Notes under the pieces: generated by a model
Told to the model about the DNA's origin: nothing
The model's database searches: none
The model's input: only the letters and a program-made list of their open reading frames with translations
Position numbers and translations under genes: made by a program
Shown: piece after piece, positions 1-16,879 of the stretch
Layout of the letters: every line of letters starts with the position of its first letter
Numbering within the stretch: the stretch's first letter is position 1
Assembly (NCBI RefSeq): GCF_009914755.1
Contig: NC_060932.1
Origin: the human T2T-CHM13v2.0 reference genome, Homo sapiens
Length of the DNA stretch: 64,000 bases
Strand: one strand, 5' to 3'

Positions 1-50
1 TTATAAATTAACCAGTCTCGGGCATGTCTTTATCAGTAGCAACAAATACA
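1..50 (+). mobile_element. THE1/MST (MaLR) LTR 3' end
   Basis: ttataaattaaccagtctcgggcatgtctttatcag...aataca matches the THE1-type LTR terminus. Confidence 0.7.
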
Positions 51-99
51 CCATTCCCTGCAGTGCTTCTCACCTATCCTCCCAAACTGCTCCTGCCTG

Positions 100-401
100 G
101 GAAATTCTCACTGATATTTTTAAAAACACAGCTTAGACATCACCTCTTGCAGAAGCCTTCTCTACTTCCTTATACACCATCCAAACAAACTAATCACTCC
201 CTTCATTATACTGTCTGCGTATGTGTCTTTCATGGCATCGATGATGTTTGGTTGCACGGATACATTGGCGTATCTGTCTCCTCTCCCTCTGCTGGTCTGT
301 AAACTCATTCATGGCCAAGCCTGAAACCCTTTTTACCATCTTCTAGCACAGTGCCCGGTGCATAGCAGGTTCTTAAGAAAGTGAGTGAATAAAGGAATGA
401 A
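100..401 (+). mobile_element. L2 LINE 3' end
   Basis: catcacctcttgcagaagccttc ... tagcacagtgcccggtgcatagcagg ... gaataaaggaatgaa. Confidence 0.7.
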
Positions 402-780
402 GGAGATTTGAAGTCAGCTACTCTTTCTTGGTCTTCTTGTGGGTTCACCAGAGCTTAGCCAGCTGCAGAGCTAATAACAACAACAACAAAGCTAGCATTT
501 ATTGTGTGCTTTCCTTTGTTCTCAGTGAGAAACCAATTACACATATCACTGGTTGAGTGGAGACCACCAGACCAATTAATTATATACTCCTTTCACTAAG
601 AAGCAGCGCCCTTCTCCCCACTTACTTGGAAAGGATGTTCCAGGCTAAATAACAGTACCCTGCTGGCTTGGTTCTAATTGCCAGACTGTTTCTCAGGTTC
701 ATTTCTGTCTTTTAATCAAAGTTTACATACATCTTTGTTCCTGGATCTTAGTAATTCAAACCTTGCACCAGGAGCAGTAA

Positions 781-1146
<366 letters not shown>

Positions 1147-1335
1147 TGAAACACAGTTTTAAATGAACACAATTTGTTGTTGTTGTCTTCTCCACCAAAG
1201 AAAATTAGTTCTTTAAAGACTCACCAAGTTAAAAAATAAATAAATAATACAATTTATCAACTTTAGTTTCTAATTTCTTCAACTGATCCCTCATTCACAG
1301 CCAGGAAAAATCACACTTTTTTCTTTTATATCTGA

Positions 1336-1353
1336 TCTCTCTCTCTCTCTCTG

Positions 1354-1389
<36 letters not shown>

Positions 1390-1414
1390 TTAGAGACACA
1401 CACACACGCACACA
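1336..1414. repeat. (TC)n/(TCTGTC)n + (CA)n microsatellite
   Basis: Direct reading. Confidence 0.95.
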
Positions 1415-1868
1415 GGCTGGAGCCATGAAACTTTAATTCCCAGGCAATGAAAGCTTTTGCACAGGTGAGAGCTTTACTCTCGGCCTTACAACCGAGTCAG
1501 GTCTTACAACCCAAATCCTCCTATTAGCAGCTGCCCAGAAACCGACAGAACCTGGGAGAATAATCTACCCCACTCTGGCCTCTGCCAGAACTTGCCTTTT
1601 CTTCCCAGTCCCCACTCCCAGACTGACACACCCATCCCAACAATGTGTCCACGAAGAAAAACCCTCTTGAAAGGCATGGAGAGCCCCTTTTTAATGTTAC
1701 AGGCATGGCTGTCCTGTAACATTAAAAATATATCCTCCCCTCTCTGGTTGAAGCTGTAATCACCCAGTGACATCATAGTGTAGCCTGGAAAACTAAAAAT
1801 TGAACTAATAACCAAACATCCAGGTTCTAAGATCATCATCCATGCGATACCTGTGAGACCCATGATGT

Positions 1869-2040
1869 TTCATTAAGCCTCTCTGAGCCTCTCTGGGTCA
1901 TTTGCAAATTGGGCAAAATTGCATTTTCTCCTCTTTTTCCTTCTTTCTCTCTGTCTCAACTGACCACTCTCTTATTCTCTCTGCTTCTGTCTAAGGCCAT
2001 TGCGAGGACAAACAAGATAATGTTTGTGAAATGCCTTAAA
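1869..2040 (+). mobile_element. MIR fragment
   Basis: MIR core cctctctgagcctc; gataatgtttgtgaaatgcctt. Confidence 0.55.
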
Positions 2041-2132
2041 TTCCTCCAAAGGAGGTTTATCAATTCAAAACACTATTGATTTTTGAGATGTTATTTTTAG
2101 TGCTATGCCAACGCTGCTAAAATATTTGTATT

Positions 2133-2272
2133 GATGAAAAGAGTTCTGTGGACAGATGGTGATGGTGGTACAACACTGTGAATGCCCTTGATGTCACTGA
2201 ACTGTACACTTAAAGATGGTTAAAAGAGTAAATTTTACGTTATATGTATTTTACTGCAATTTTAAAAATAAA
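2133..2272 (+). mobile_element. Old L1M 3' end
   Basis: gatggtggtacaacactgtgaat...actgaactgtacacttaaa...tatgtattttac. Confidence 0.8.
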
Positions 2273-2274
2273 TG

Positions 2275-2655
2275 TATGCAGCCATGAAAAAGAATGAGTT
2301 TTTGTCCTTTGCAGGGACATGGATGAAGCTGGAAACCATCATCCTCAGCAAACTAACACAGGAACAGAAAACCAAACACCGCATGTTCTCACTCGTAAGT
2401 GGGAGTTGAACAATGAGAACACATGGACACAGGGAGGGGAACATCACACACCGGGGCCTGTCAGGGAGTGGGGGGCTAGGGGAGGGAGAGCATTAGGACA
2501 AACACCTAATGCATACGGGGCTTAAAACCTAGATGATGGGTTGATGGGTGCAGCAAACCACCATGGCACATGTATACCCATGTAACAAACCTGCACATCC
2601 TGCACATGTATCCTAGAATTTAAAGTAAAATTAAAAAGTAAATAAATAAAATAAA
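2275..2655 (+). mobile_element. 5'-truncated L1PA 3' end
   Basis: L1PA 3'UTR (gcagggacatggatgaagctggaaacc...); TSD aaaataaatgtatg at 2265-2278 and 2648-2661. Confidence 0.95.
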
Positions 2656-3699
2656 TGTATGAAAATAAATCACTGCAGCAACTAAAATCTTTATATTGTT
2701 CAGGTAACTCTCTGTGCCCCCATGTTTCTCAATTTGTGTGATTGCTCTTGTGTTTGGTGTAGAATTTTCACAGAGGATAAGAAAAGGGGTTTATTTCACT
2801 CCTTCTTCCCATGTAATAGATGAGGAATGAGGCCCATTCGAATGAAAGGGCCAGCTCCAATGTAAGTTTCCTAATTCAAGGTCAAATGCAGTCGTCATAG
2901 AGGAAAGTAACACATCATCCTATGTATTGTCAGTAGCAACAACTCATGATATTAGTAGCTATCATAACAAAAATCTGTAAGAAGAGCCCCCATCAGCACA
3001 CCCACTCCTACTGGCCCTAGGAGAAGAGAGAGCTACAGAGAACTGCTCCCAGCTTGGTGCAAGCTCGCAGCATTGCCCCATCCCCTCCTGGGAGGGCACA
3101 CCCCACAGCAGCTGCTCTGGGACTGACAAGCAAGGGCGGGGCTGCCACCTGGAGCGGACCTGATTTCCGTCCACCTCTCCCTCAGCTTTCAAAGTGACCA
3201 GTTCGCAATGCTCTGCCATCTCAGAGAACTGAAAGCCAAGTTTCGCCCGAGAATGGGCACTTTACAACCGGCTTATAAACTGTAATCAAGGGGCTCTCCG
3301 AGACGTTGACACAACCTCCAGCTAGCCTGACCAAGTGGCGCCACAGGAGCTGGCCCTGGTTCCTTCTGGAGAGTGCTCTCCCTGGAAACAAATGTGCTGA
3401 ACGTGCTGTGTCATCACCAGGCAGGGCAGAGTCCTGGGAAAGGAGGCACAGCTGCATGAGTCACAGAGAGACTTCTAGAAAAGCAGAGCAAGAAAGGGCT
3501 GCAGTGATCTAGACAAAGCCCATCTTTCTGTAGATAAGGATCTGAGGACAGGCACCCAGGGTGGGGTCAGGCCAGCAACCTGCCCAGGGCCGCCATCCAT
3601 CAGCTGCATCTAGGAGTGGACACCACACCATTTAACAGCCGGCGTCCAGCGTTCTTGCCCCCAGTGCCATCCCACCCGTAGCCCGAGAGGCAGAAGGGT

Positions 3700-3945
3700 A
3701 CGGTGGGAAAACACGCACTTATAAGCCAGACCCAGCTATGCATCCCATCTCCCTTCATGGCTCCAAAGCTTTGGGCAAGTCACTGTCTCTGAGCCTCAGT
3801 CTCCTCATCTATAAAACGGGCATAATAATTCTCATCTTTCAAGGTTAACGTAGGATTAAATTAAGTGATGTGTGTAAAGTGTTGGTGCAGTTTCTGGCAG
3901 AACAAGTGTCCCACAAGTGGTAGCTATGACTTATGACTATTAATA
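3700..3945 (+). mobile_element. MIR
   Basis: ttgggcaagtcactgtctctgagcctcagtctcctcatctataaaacggg. Confidence 0.85.
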
Positions 3946-4467
3946 TTACCTTGGCCACTACAGTTCTCTGTGCATGATGGTCCTTATCTGGGGCAGGATT
4001 CCCAATGCCCTGTGGGTCCTGCTTATTGGATTAGGCCAGATTCAGAGCGCAGAGTGAGGCCGCAGATCAGAATGGGGCAGAGGACAGAGAGAAGGCTTCC
4101 CTCGATAGATGGAGTGCCAGTAGGTAGGAGGGACTCCAGGCAGCTGGCTCATGTATGCCCAGGACACCATGTTCTTTGGGATTATCTGACACCACAGGGG
4201 AAATTAGATGGCTTCTAGAAAAATAAATAAATAAATAAATAAAAAACAAGAACAGCAAAGACTGAAGCCCCTATATTTTGAGACTGGAAAAGAAGAGGCT
4301 GTCCCACTTCACCAGGCTTCAGTGACTTGAGCAAATAAAATGCACAACTTGCCCTTCAAGCACACGCAAAAGAGCATCCAGGGAGCTCTGTCGCTGATTT
4401 GAGAGGGCCACAAGGAATGCTGGATGGTTTCCTTGTCTCAGCACATGGTAACATGGTACACCTCGGC

Positions 4468-4782
4468 TAGGGGTCCTCAAAGCGTGGTTCTCAGTCCAGC
4501 AGCATCAGCATCACCAGTGAGCTTGTTAGAAATGAAGAAACTCCTGCCCCACCTTTACCTACGGAATCGGAAACTCTGAGGATAGGCTCCAGGAAACTGT
4601 TTACCAAGCCCTCCAGGCAATTCTTAGCTCTGTTCCATGGCTGTCAATCTTGGCTGTACCTGAGAAGTCAAGGCTACACCCCAGGCCAATTTAATCGGAG
4701 TCTCTGGGATTGGACCAGGCACCAGGTTTTTAAAAAACTCCACCAGTGATTTCAATGTGCAGCCAAGCTTGAGTCCCACTGG
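4468..4782. mobile_element. Two adjacent MER5-family (hAT-Charlie) relics
   Basis: cagcagcatcagcatcacc..gagcttgttagaaatg; ccagtgatttcaatgtgcagccaag. Confidence 0.75.
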
Positions 4783-5208
4783 TTCAGAACAAGAATTTGA
4801 ATGGATCTGTAAGTAATTCATAATGTTTGTTAGAATCCCGCAACATAAAACAGTAGCCATCAACTCCAAATACTGGGGACCTACCTCTTTTCCTGTGTTT
4901 AGTGTTTCTGTTTTATTCCTGCCACTACTTCTTCAACGGTTCTGTGCAAATTCCGTATCCTAGAGAAGTTTCGAATACACTTGTTACCCCTACATATTCA
5001 CCCACCAGTACCACTGTTGATTCAATGAAGTTGAATTCTTTGGCTCATGCTAAGGAAGACTGAAGAGGAGCCTCCATTCATTCCAGACCCTTAGGATGCC
5101 ACGCAAATTTGCACACTAGAGATAACTATGTTTCTGACATGTATGTCTCTTTTCTGTTGGATTTTGTCTAGTGTTCTTGTTATGTTTATGCATTTATTCA
5201 GCTTTTAA

Positions 5209-5569
<361 letters not shown>

Positions 5570-6148
5570 AAGGCCGCCTTTGTTTTATGTTTTCTTCAGC
5601 CTTTGAAACGCATAAAGGTTTCACCTGATACTTAACATCAGTGAGAGGGGGTGATTCTCACCAGTGCTTCCTCAGCTGGGGGATCAAGGGGCAAGGATAG
5701 GAAAACAGAATCAGTTATTCTTGAAGTTTTCTGTGGATTATACTGCAAGAAAGCTGGTCAGTAGACTTAGGATCAACTCTTTCAGGTCCTAATGAAAGTA
5801 CTATATTTTTTATATATATGTAAAATATATATATATATATTTAAAAATAGGGCAGTAGAATAGTACAAGATGTTGTCATAAAGGCTAAGCTTATGCCCTT
5901 AGCTTCAGATCAATTACTTGGAAGGTTTAGAAGTCCTCCAAGAGCCCAATTTAGAAATATGTACAGTTTGTGGAGTTAACAATCTTCAGTCTGCCAATAT
6001 AAAACAAATGTTAATTCACAGAGTGTTTCCCAGGGTGCCATTTTCCACGAAGTCTCCAGGAGTTCTGAAAAGACTCTATTTATGCAGCAATGAATATTGA
6101 GTATTATTGGCCATGTTTCTCCTCACACGTTAAGGTGAAAAATCATTC

Positions 6149-6337
6149 TGAATCAGAAACTCTGCTGGGCTCCTGGAAGCTGTTTACCAAGACCTCCAGG
6201 CCATTCTTAGGCACATTGCAATTTGAGAATCACTGACCTAGGCTGTGTCTCCTGAGCTCTGCTCAAGGGTTGTCAATCTTGGCTGCACGTAAGAAGTCAA
6301 GGCTGCACCTCAGGCCAATTAAATCAGAATCTCTGGG
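6149..6337. mobile_element. MER5-family relics (similar to 4563-4708)
   Basis: tgaatcagaaactctg...ccaattaaatcagaatctctggg. Confidence 0.7.
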
Positions 6338-6419
6338 AACTTTTCCATTTTAGCACGGAAAGTCCCACATCCTGGGAAACCCTTCTATCCCAGGCAAACT
6401 GAGACAGTTGACCACCCTA
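6338..6419. mobile_element. MER94/MER81-like hAT-Blackjack relic
   Basis: tagcacggaaagtcccacatcctgggaaacc...ttgaccacccta. Confidence 0.6.
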
Positions 6420-6546
6420 TATTCTCCCCAGATTTCCTCGCCCACCATCTCATTCTTTTTTTTTTTTGGTTCATAAATCCTTTCTGTGTATGATTCATGA
6501 TGCACTACCTCATCTCAGAACATCAGCACTTGTGCTTAGAAGAAAA

Positions 6547-6576
6547 CACACACACACACACACACTCACACACACA
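6547..6576. repeat. (CA)n microsatellite
   Basis: Direct reading. Confidence 0.95.
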
Positions 6577-7234
6577 GTCACTAAACGTTCCCAGTTCCTC
6601 AAATGCTACTGCAAATATATTCATGTATTTGTTTCTAATTTCTACTTTGCATTTTCCCATTGCCATCACCACCTTATCTCTCCACAGGGATGATTCCGAA
6701 AACATCTTGTTTTTTTTTAAATCAGATCGACAGAACAAATGTAGGAAAGAAAGAAAAGTGACTCCTACGTGTCAGAGCTGAATGTGGATGAAAGAGTCCA
6801 TCATAAAAATTAAAGAATGCCTTTTTTTAATCCAGTGAAATAAATCTTTATTGCCTGACCCTTCTGTGCCAGATACTGTGCTACTCAGCATCTGCAGAGC
6901 ACCAGACAAGTCACCTATGTCAGGCTGAGAAATGAGACAAGTGTGCTCCCTTAACTCAGTAACACTCACCAGTACCCTAGATTGCTTTGTTCCTTGACTT
7001 CCCATCAGACTGGAAAAACACGACTGTGCTTTTTGCCATTTCTTATCTTGGGCTGTTAAAAAATCAGCTGGATCTACTACCAATTCATGCTTTCTAACTT
7101 CAGGGCTTCTCCAAAGTTATAATAAACTTAATTTCTCACAACAGTTCCAAATATTTTCTACTCAGCACCTTAGCCCTCTGTCAGGCAGCCCATGACTTTG
7201 TCACCTACCTTCCTGAGATCAAAATCCTTTCTTA

Positions 7235-8096
<862 letters not shown>

Positions 8097-8582
8097 ATGA
8101 GATGGAGATCATTGGATGGAATTTCAGCTAACATTGACTCTTCTACATTAAATTTTCTCTGGTTCATCATGGTCATTTTCTCTTGCCCTTTTGTCTTTTT
8201 TTTCATCTTTTAACACCTCTCAGATATGTGTAGCCTCTCTTGTCTTAAATAAGGAAATATATTTTCCCCTCCTTGAAGCTACTTCCTTTTTCCTTTATCA
8301 CTTCCTCTTTTAACTTGTTTTGTCAATAATTACTCGTCTGATGTATTTTTTTTGTCTTTTGACTTCTCTTCAACATGCAAATGTGTTTACATCACAATTA
8401 TTCTTAAGAAAAACAAGAGGCGATCTGATTTCACCACAACTCTGGAATTCCCACACCTTTCCCTCTTTTTTGTGCCTCCCCTCCCCCTTCTCATCTCCCA
8501 TCCTTCTCAGCCTTGTGCAGTCTGGGATTTGCTCCTGCTAAACTGAAATCTTCTCTCAGGGGGTGCCAGTAAACTACTTGTA

Positions 8583-9048
<466 letters not shown>

Positions 9049-9083
<35 letters not shown>

Positions 9084-9376
9084 GAATCTCACTCTGTTAC
9101 CCAGGGTGGAGTGCAGTGGCATGATCTTGGCCTCACTGCATCCTGTGCCTTCCAGATTCAAGAGATTCTCCTGACTCACCCTCCTGAGTACCTAGGATTA
9201 CAGATGTGAGCCACCATGCCTCGCTAATTATTATTATTATTATTTTTTGTATTTTTAGTAGAGATGGTTTTTTACCATGTTGGTCAGGGTGGTCTCCAAC
9301 TCCTGACCTCAAATGATCCACCCACCTCAGCCTCCCAAAATGCTGGGATTACAGGTGTGAGCCACCACACCTGGCC
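9049..9376 (-). mobile_element. AluS
   Basis: Full dimer, tandem with the previous Alu. Confidence 0.93.
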
Positions 9377-9859
9377 AAGAGCACAACAACACTCTATGTG
9401 TCATTAGAACTACCCCTTGTGACTCCTCTCACCTTACACATGCCGATTCTCCTTGTCGTGCTCCCACAAGGCCGTGTCGCCTGCTTCTGTTCCTTGCCCA
9501 GTCCTTGGTCTCCTTCTAGCCCCACTCTGTTCCTCTTGCAGTGTCATGGCCTTCAGCTGCAGCTCCGTTCAGTTGGCTCCCAGATCTACAGCTTCATCCC
9601 TGAACTCTCTGCTGAGTTTTCTATCCACGTTTCCAAACAACAAATGGAACAGCTCCACATGGGAAAATTCAAAGATCCTCAAACTCATTTTGCCCAAAAC
9701 TAAGTTCATCATTATTATCATCATCATCTCCAAAACCTGTCTCCGTGTGTTTTCTATGAGTCACTGAGTCCACCTTGCTCGATATTCCTGCTTGATTCTT
9801 GACTCTTTTCTCTTGCTCACATCTCAGCATCTGCCAAATAACAGCATGAACTTTATTAT

Positions 9860-10090
9860 TATTAGAACTTTTTTATTACAAATGCAGAATTCCAAATCAA
9901 GTTAGATTAAACAAGGAAAAGGGATGTATTGGCCCATGAAAACAAAACGTAGAAAGGAAGTTTTCCCAGGAATGGGGGCAGATTTCTGCCTTCGCCTCTC
10001 ATCTCAGCCTCTGTTTTGGCATGGCCTCATTCTTTCCAGCTTCTTCGTGTGGACGGGACCCAGGGCCACTGGCAGCTCTGAATGCATCCC
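9860..10090. mobile_element. Old MLT1-type LTR fragment
   Basis: ttaaacaaggaaaagggatgtattggcccatgaaaac ... ggccactggcagctc. Confidence 0.4.
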
Positions 10091-10540
10091 CTGATAACAA
10101 GAATGAGAAGAGACACTTAGCATATACCAAGTACCATTCTAGGCATGAATTCTAGGCAGAGCTCATAAGGCAAGAAGAAAAAAAATTCTCTACTTCAGAT
10201 TTATTTCTCAAAAGAAGACATACAAGTGCCCAAAAACTATGAGTACATGCTCAGTATCGCTAATCATCAGAGAAGTGCAAATTAAAACCCCAATGAGACA
10301 CCATCTCAAACCAGTCAGAATTGCTATTATCGAAAAGTCTAAGTACAACAATTGGCGTGGATATGGAGAAAAGGGGACATTTCTACACTCTTGGTGAGAA
10401 TATAAATTAGTACAACCTCTGTGGAAAACAGTATGGAGATTCCTGAGGGATCTAAAAATAGAACTACCTTTCGACCCAGCAATCCCAATGCTGGATATCT
10501 ACCCAAAGGAAAAGAAATCATTCTATCAAAAAGATACCTG

Positions 10541-10850
10541 ACCTGGCATGGTGTCTCACACCTGTAATCCCAGCACTTTAGGAGGCCGAGGTAGGCAGAT
10601 CAAGACTGAGGTCAGGAGTTCAAGACTGGCCTGGCCAACATGGTGAAACCCCATCTCTACTAAAAACGCAAGAATCAGCCAGGCATGGTGGCAGGCACCT
10701 GTAATCTCAGCTATTTGGGAGACTGAGGCAGCAGAGTTGCTTGAACCCAGGAGATGGAGGTTGCAGTGAGCTGAGATCGTGACACTCCACTCTAGCCTAG
10801 GCAACAGAGTGAGACTCTGTCTCAAAACAAAACAAACAAACAAACAAAAA
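10541..10850 (+). mobile_element. AluS
   Basis: TSD aaaaaga(t/c)acctg. Confidence 0.93.
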
Positions 10851-11039
10851 GACACCTGCACTCATATGTCTACCAAAGCACTATTCCCAAGAGCAAAGAC
10901 AGAATCAATCTAAATGTCCATCACTGGATGACTGGATAAAGCAATGTGGTATGTATACAACATGGCATACTATGCAGTCATAAAAAAGGATGAACTCATG
11001 TTTTTTTGCAGCAACATGGCTGGAACTGGAGGCCATTAT

Positions 11040-11370
11040 TTTTTTCTCCCAAGGACAGGGTGGTGTTCTTATTTTTTAAAATTTTTATCTCAATAGCTTT
11101 TGGGATACAACTGGTTTTTTGTTACATGGATAAATTCTATAACGAATTCTGAGATTTTGGTGCACCTGTCACCCAAATAGTGTACATTATCCCTAATATG
11201 TAGCTTTTTATCCCTAGCCTCCCTCCCTACCCTCTGCCTTCTGAGTCTTTAAAGTCCTTTATAGAGCTCTGTATAAAACCTCTGAGTACTCATAGCTTAG
11301 CTCCCACGTAGAAGTGAGAACATGCAGTTTTTAGTTTTCCACGCCTGAGTTACTTCACTTACAATAATGG
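11040..11370 (-). mobile_element. L1PB 3' end inserted antisense into the host L1
   Basis: L1PB-type 3'UTR; TSD ggagg(c/t)cattat at 11028-11039 and 11371-11382. Confidence 0.85.
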
Positions 11371-11655
11371 GGAGGTCATTATCCTAAGTGAATTAACTCA
11401 GAAACAGAAAATCAAACACTGCATGTTCCCACTTCTAGGTGAGAGATAAACAATGGGTACACATGGACATACAGAGAGAAGTAATAGACACTGGGGATTT
11501 TAAAAGCGGAGGAGAAGGGGAGGGAGGCGAGAGTTGAAAAATTACCTGTTCGGTACAATGTCCACCATTCAGGTGATGGGTACACTAGAAGCTCAAACCT
11601 CACCATTATGCAATATATCCATGCAACACACCTGCACATGTACCCCCGGAATCTA

Positions 11656-12449
<794 letters not shown>

Positions 12450-13107
12450 TTATCAGGCTTGGTGCATTTTCCCACCTTAAAGATTGGGTGTTTCAAGTAA
12501 AAGAGCCCTCATGAGGCATAGTAGGAGAAAGTGTGCATGGTGGACTCTGGGGCAAGAAACTGAAATCAGAAGCTCAATGGTGCTAATTAAAGTACACATG
12601 TCTTTGCATTATTTTATGAAAATTAAGGGGCCCAACAAAAAATGATTTCTAAATAGATGCCTCACCCACCAAAAACAAGCAAACAAACCCATACAGAAGA
12701 GAAACAAGACTTTCCTCACAACAGTTTTGGGAATACACCAAAACACAAATAAATGAATCATCAAGGCCTAAAGTTCTATGCCAAGAATTCCTAGCCCTTC
12801 AAGTACAGAATCCTCCTTAAAAATATTTTTTAATGTTTCAAATTTCTAAACGCTAGTGGCTGTCATGAGAAAATGTGTGATGCTGAGAAAAGAGTGCACC
12901 GTCGTGTAAGATCACTGGTTCAGCTTGCAGGCGATGGCTGATGCATTCCTTGTCGGCCTCTTGCACTGACTCCAAAGTCCCATGGAAGTCTTACAGTCAC
13001 GGGTGAAATTTCGCTTTTCTTTCGTAGAGCGTTGGGAGGATTTGTACGTGGAAAACATTCAAAGTGCATTCTGAAATTGCCCACTGCAGCCATGCAGATC
13101 TCAATAA

Positions 13108-13710
<603 letters not shown>

Positions 13711-14483
13711 TCCACTGTCCCTTTCTAAGATAAATAATTACAAATTGCAACCTTAGGTAACTGCACAAGTGGAATTGATGTCATGGTTTTAGACCCCAGA
13801 ATACTGTGCATGCAGATAGCACTTACGGTCGTGGATGGTATACTCTGTTTTTCTTCTGGTTCTACATTCACAGTTCCTCTGGGTGTTTATTGACTTCTCA
13901 TTAATCAGAAGAGAATTTGTAAACATAATGAAGCCTAAATGGCGAGCAGATGAATATGAATTCCACAGCATGTATAAATTAAGCCTCCCACTGCAGCATC
14001 TGGGGGAGATAGTTCTCCCGGGACTGAATGCTGCCAACTGGCAGGTGTGTTATGAGACGCTATTTTCATCTTCCATGGTTTAGGGTTTAGGATGTGACTG
14101 GAAACATTCCGTGTGCTTGGGGAGGAGCTAGCCCAGTGATCCTTGTGGGAACTGTTATTCTACATCATGCCCCACTGGGCTTGGGAGTGAATAAAAACCA
14201 ATGTTCAAGAATGCCATTTCCACATTCAGCTAGTTCATCTGTTTTCTTGTCCTCTTGCACCTAAATGTGGCCAAAAGATCTTCTAAAATAGAATGCAGTC
14301 AGCCTTGTATGAAATCAAATTAATTGCTTATTTTTATTTTACCAGAGAATATTTGGCCTGAGTATTATTAGCCTGCAAAGCTATTCTATTAATATTTATG
14401 AATAATAAAGAACAGAAATAGGGAAAGCCATTTGAGTTAAACATTAAAAAGAGAAAGCTATATAGTGTGTTCTACATTTGCAG

Positions 14484-14516
14484 TTCTGCGAGCTGTCAGG
14501 AAACTGAATTCTTCCG
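14484..14516 (+). other. Candidate 33-nt frame-preserving microexon ((V)LRAVRKLNSS(G))
   Basis: ttctacatttgcag|...TCCG|GTAAGG in unique DNA; no partner exons found. Confidence 0.2.
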
Positions 14517-15157
14517 GTAAGGAGAGAAAGGCATCTATTTGTTGGATTTCTCCACCTCAGTGTTCACTTTTACCATGCCCAGTCAGATGTGTATGAAGTT
14601 CAAAACGTTCTAAGAAATGCCCTGCCCTAGCCAGGATCAAAGAGAAAGCTTTCAGAATGGAATATCAGCTGTGCAGCTCCCTTTGTTCATGTTTTCCGCT
14701 CCATGTTATTTTTTTTTACTATTAGCAGTGACTACGTTTCAGAAACAAAGCCGCCTGCTATCTAACACAAGTGAAGGAATAGGCTTTGTGTGTGTGCATG
14801 CAGGCATGTGTGTGTGTCTGTGTTGGAGAATATCGATCTATGTGTTTCCATGTAAGAGGTGTTATTTACATGTCTAACCTTCAATAGTGTTACTTTCTTT
14901 AGGCTATTACAAAATATTCAGCAGGCTGTAATTAACGTCTCTGGAGACTGCTAAACCCCAAACAGACGTGTCAGAGAGTGACGGCTCAGTCACCTCTTCA
15001 TAGGAAGGGTCAGAAGTTGTGTCGTGAAGGCACTCATGCTGAGAGGCTTCTAGCTTAGCGGACAGAGCATTGGCCTGGGGTTAGGAGACCTTGTTGGGGG
15101 CTGCAATTCTTCTTCTTTTTGTTTTTTAATCTGGAAGATGAAAAGTTTGGATTAAGT

Positions 15158-15345
15158 CAGGAGGTCTGCAGTCTGGCTGCACATTAGACTCACTTGATTT
15201 TTTTTTTTTTAAATAGTAATGCAAAAGCCTTACTCCAGACCAATTAAATTAAACTTCTGGGGCTGAAACACAGATCTGGGTATGTTTTTTAAAGCTCCCG
15301 GTTGAGTCTCCGTGCCCTCTGAGGTCTCCACAGTGCGAACCCTAC
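15158..15345. mobile_element. MER5-family relic
   Basis: ctggctgcacattagactcac...ccagaccaattaaatt. Confidence 0.65.
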
Positions 15346-16457
15346 TTAGATTTGCTCCTGTCAAGTCAGGTGCCCATGGGGCCGGCTCTATCTCCTCAGC
15401 TGTCTGCCTTGCCCACCCGTTCCGTCTTTAATGGAAGGTTCCACGTGCATAAGACATTAGGACCGCAGCCCCAGCAGAATCTGCTGGAACGATCAATGTA
15501 ATTAGCTGGACTACCCAACCTAAAGGGTGAAGAGATTGAGAGAGTGGAGTGAAGCAGCTATTGTTAAAGGAAATCTTCATGGTTCCTAAGAAAACTACGG
15601 GACGGCAGCAGCGAAGCCAGCTCTTTTCTCCCTTGGAACTCTGCACAGCAAGCTCATTTGCCAGTTTGCATGGGCTACGATTCCTCTTTTGCAGCGCAGC
15701 GCTGTGCTGCAGAGATAAACTAACTTAATCAACAGCAAGAGCTGCATTTTGATCTCGTAATCATGTCACATAATTTCCTTTTCCAGGGCAGTGCCACACT
15801 TCTCTCTTTGAGTCCTCTCATCTCTCAAAGCTTTTTATTTTTTCTCTGACTTCTTTTCAGCCCATCCATCCCCAAGTCATATCATCCGCAGACCTGCCCT
15901 ACTGCTGCGTGTCCCCAACACCTTCTGCGAGAATCTTTGATTCTCGCCCCCTCTTTTGTGTGCTGCCCCACTTCTTCCTACCCCTCCGTTTCCCAGCCAA
16001 TATTGCTGGGCCGCCAATGGCTGTGAGGATGTGACAATCTGAAACACAGGCATGAATAATGAATTGGGAGAGCCAGACTGAAGCCAGTGGAACTGAGAAC
16101 AGTATTTCAGAAATGCAGCCAAATCATTTAGAGAGAGGCAATATTGAGTTCCTGCAATCCCTGGAAGACCCAGACACACTGTTAATTATGAAAACGCAGT
16201 TCTGACTACGTAAGAATCCGCCTTCTTCCAGAGGCCGACTAAAGCTTCCTCCCATGCTTTGGGGCTGAAACTTGGAGCTTGCCTGACCCCATTGCCCTGA
16301 CCGGCTAGAGAGCCTGCTACCTCATTCCAGAGTTATCACTGCCACACCTCGGGGTCGGGGGTGGAGGCTCGATAGGGCTGGTTAGAGGGTCTGGAACTAG
16401 AAATTCCACATAGCAGCCAGATGAGGAAACAGGGAAGACGAGCAATCTAGAGCTTGA

Positions 16458-16814
<357 letters not shown>

Positions 16815-16879
16815 TAATCTGGGGACTTAACTGGAACTGGGATAGCACAAGAGGACTTCAGGACAATCATCTTGGCTTA

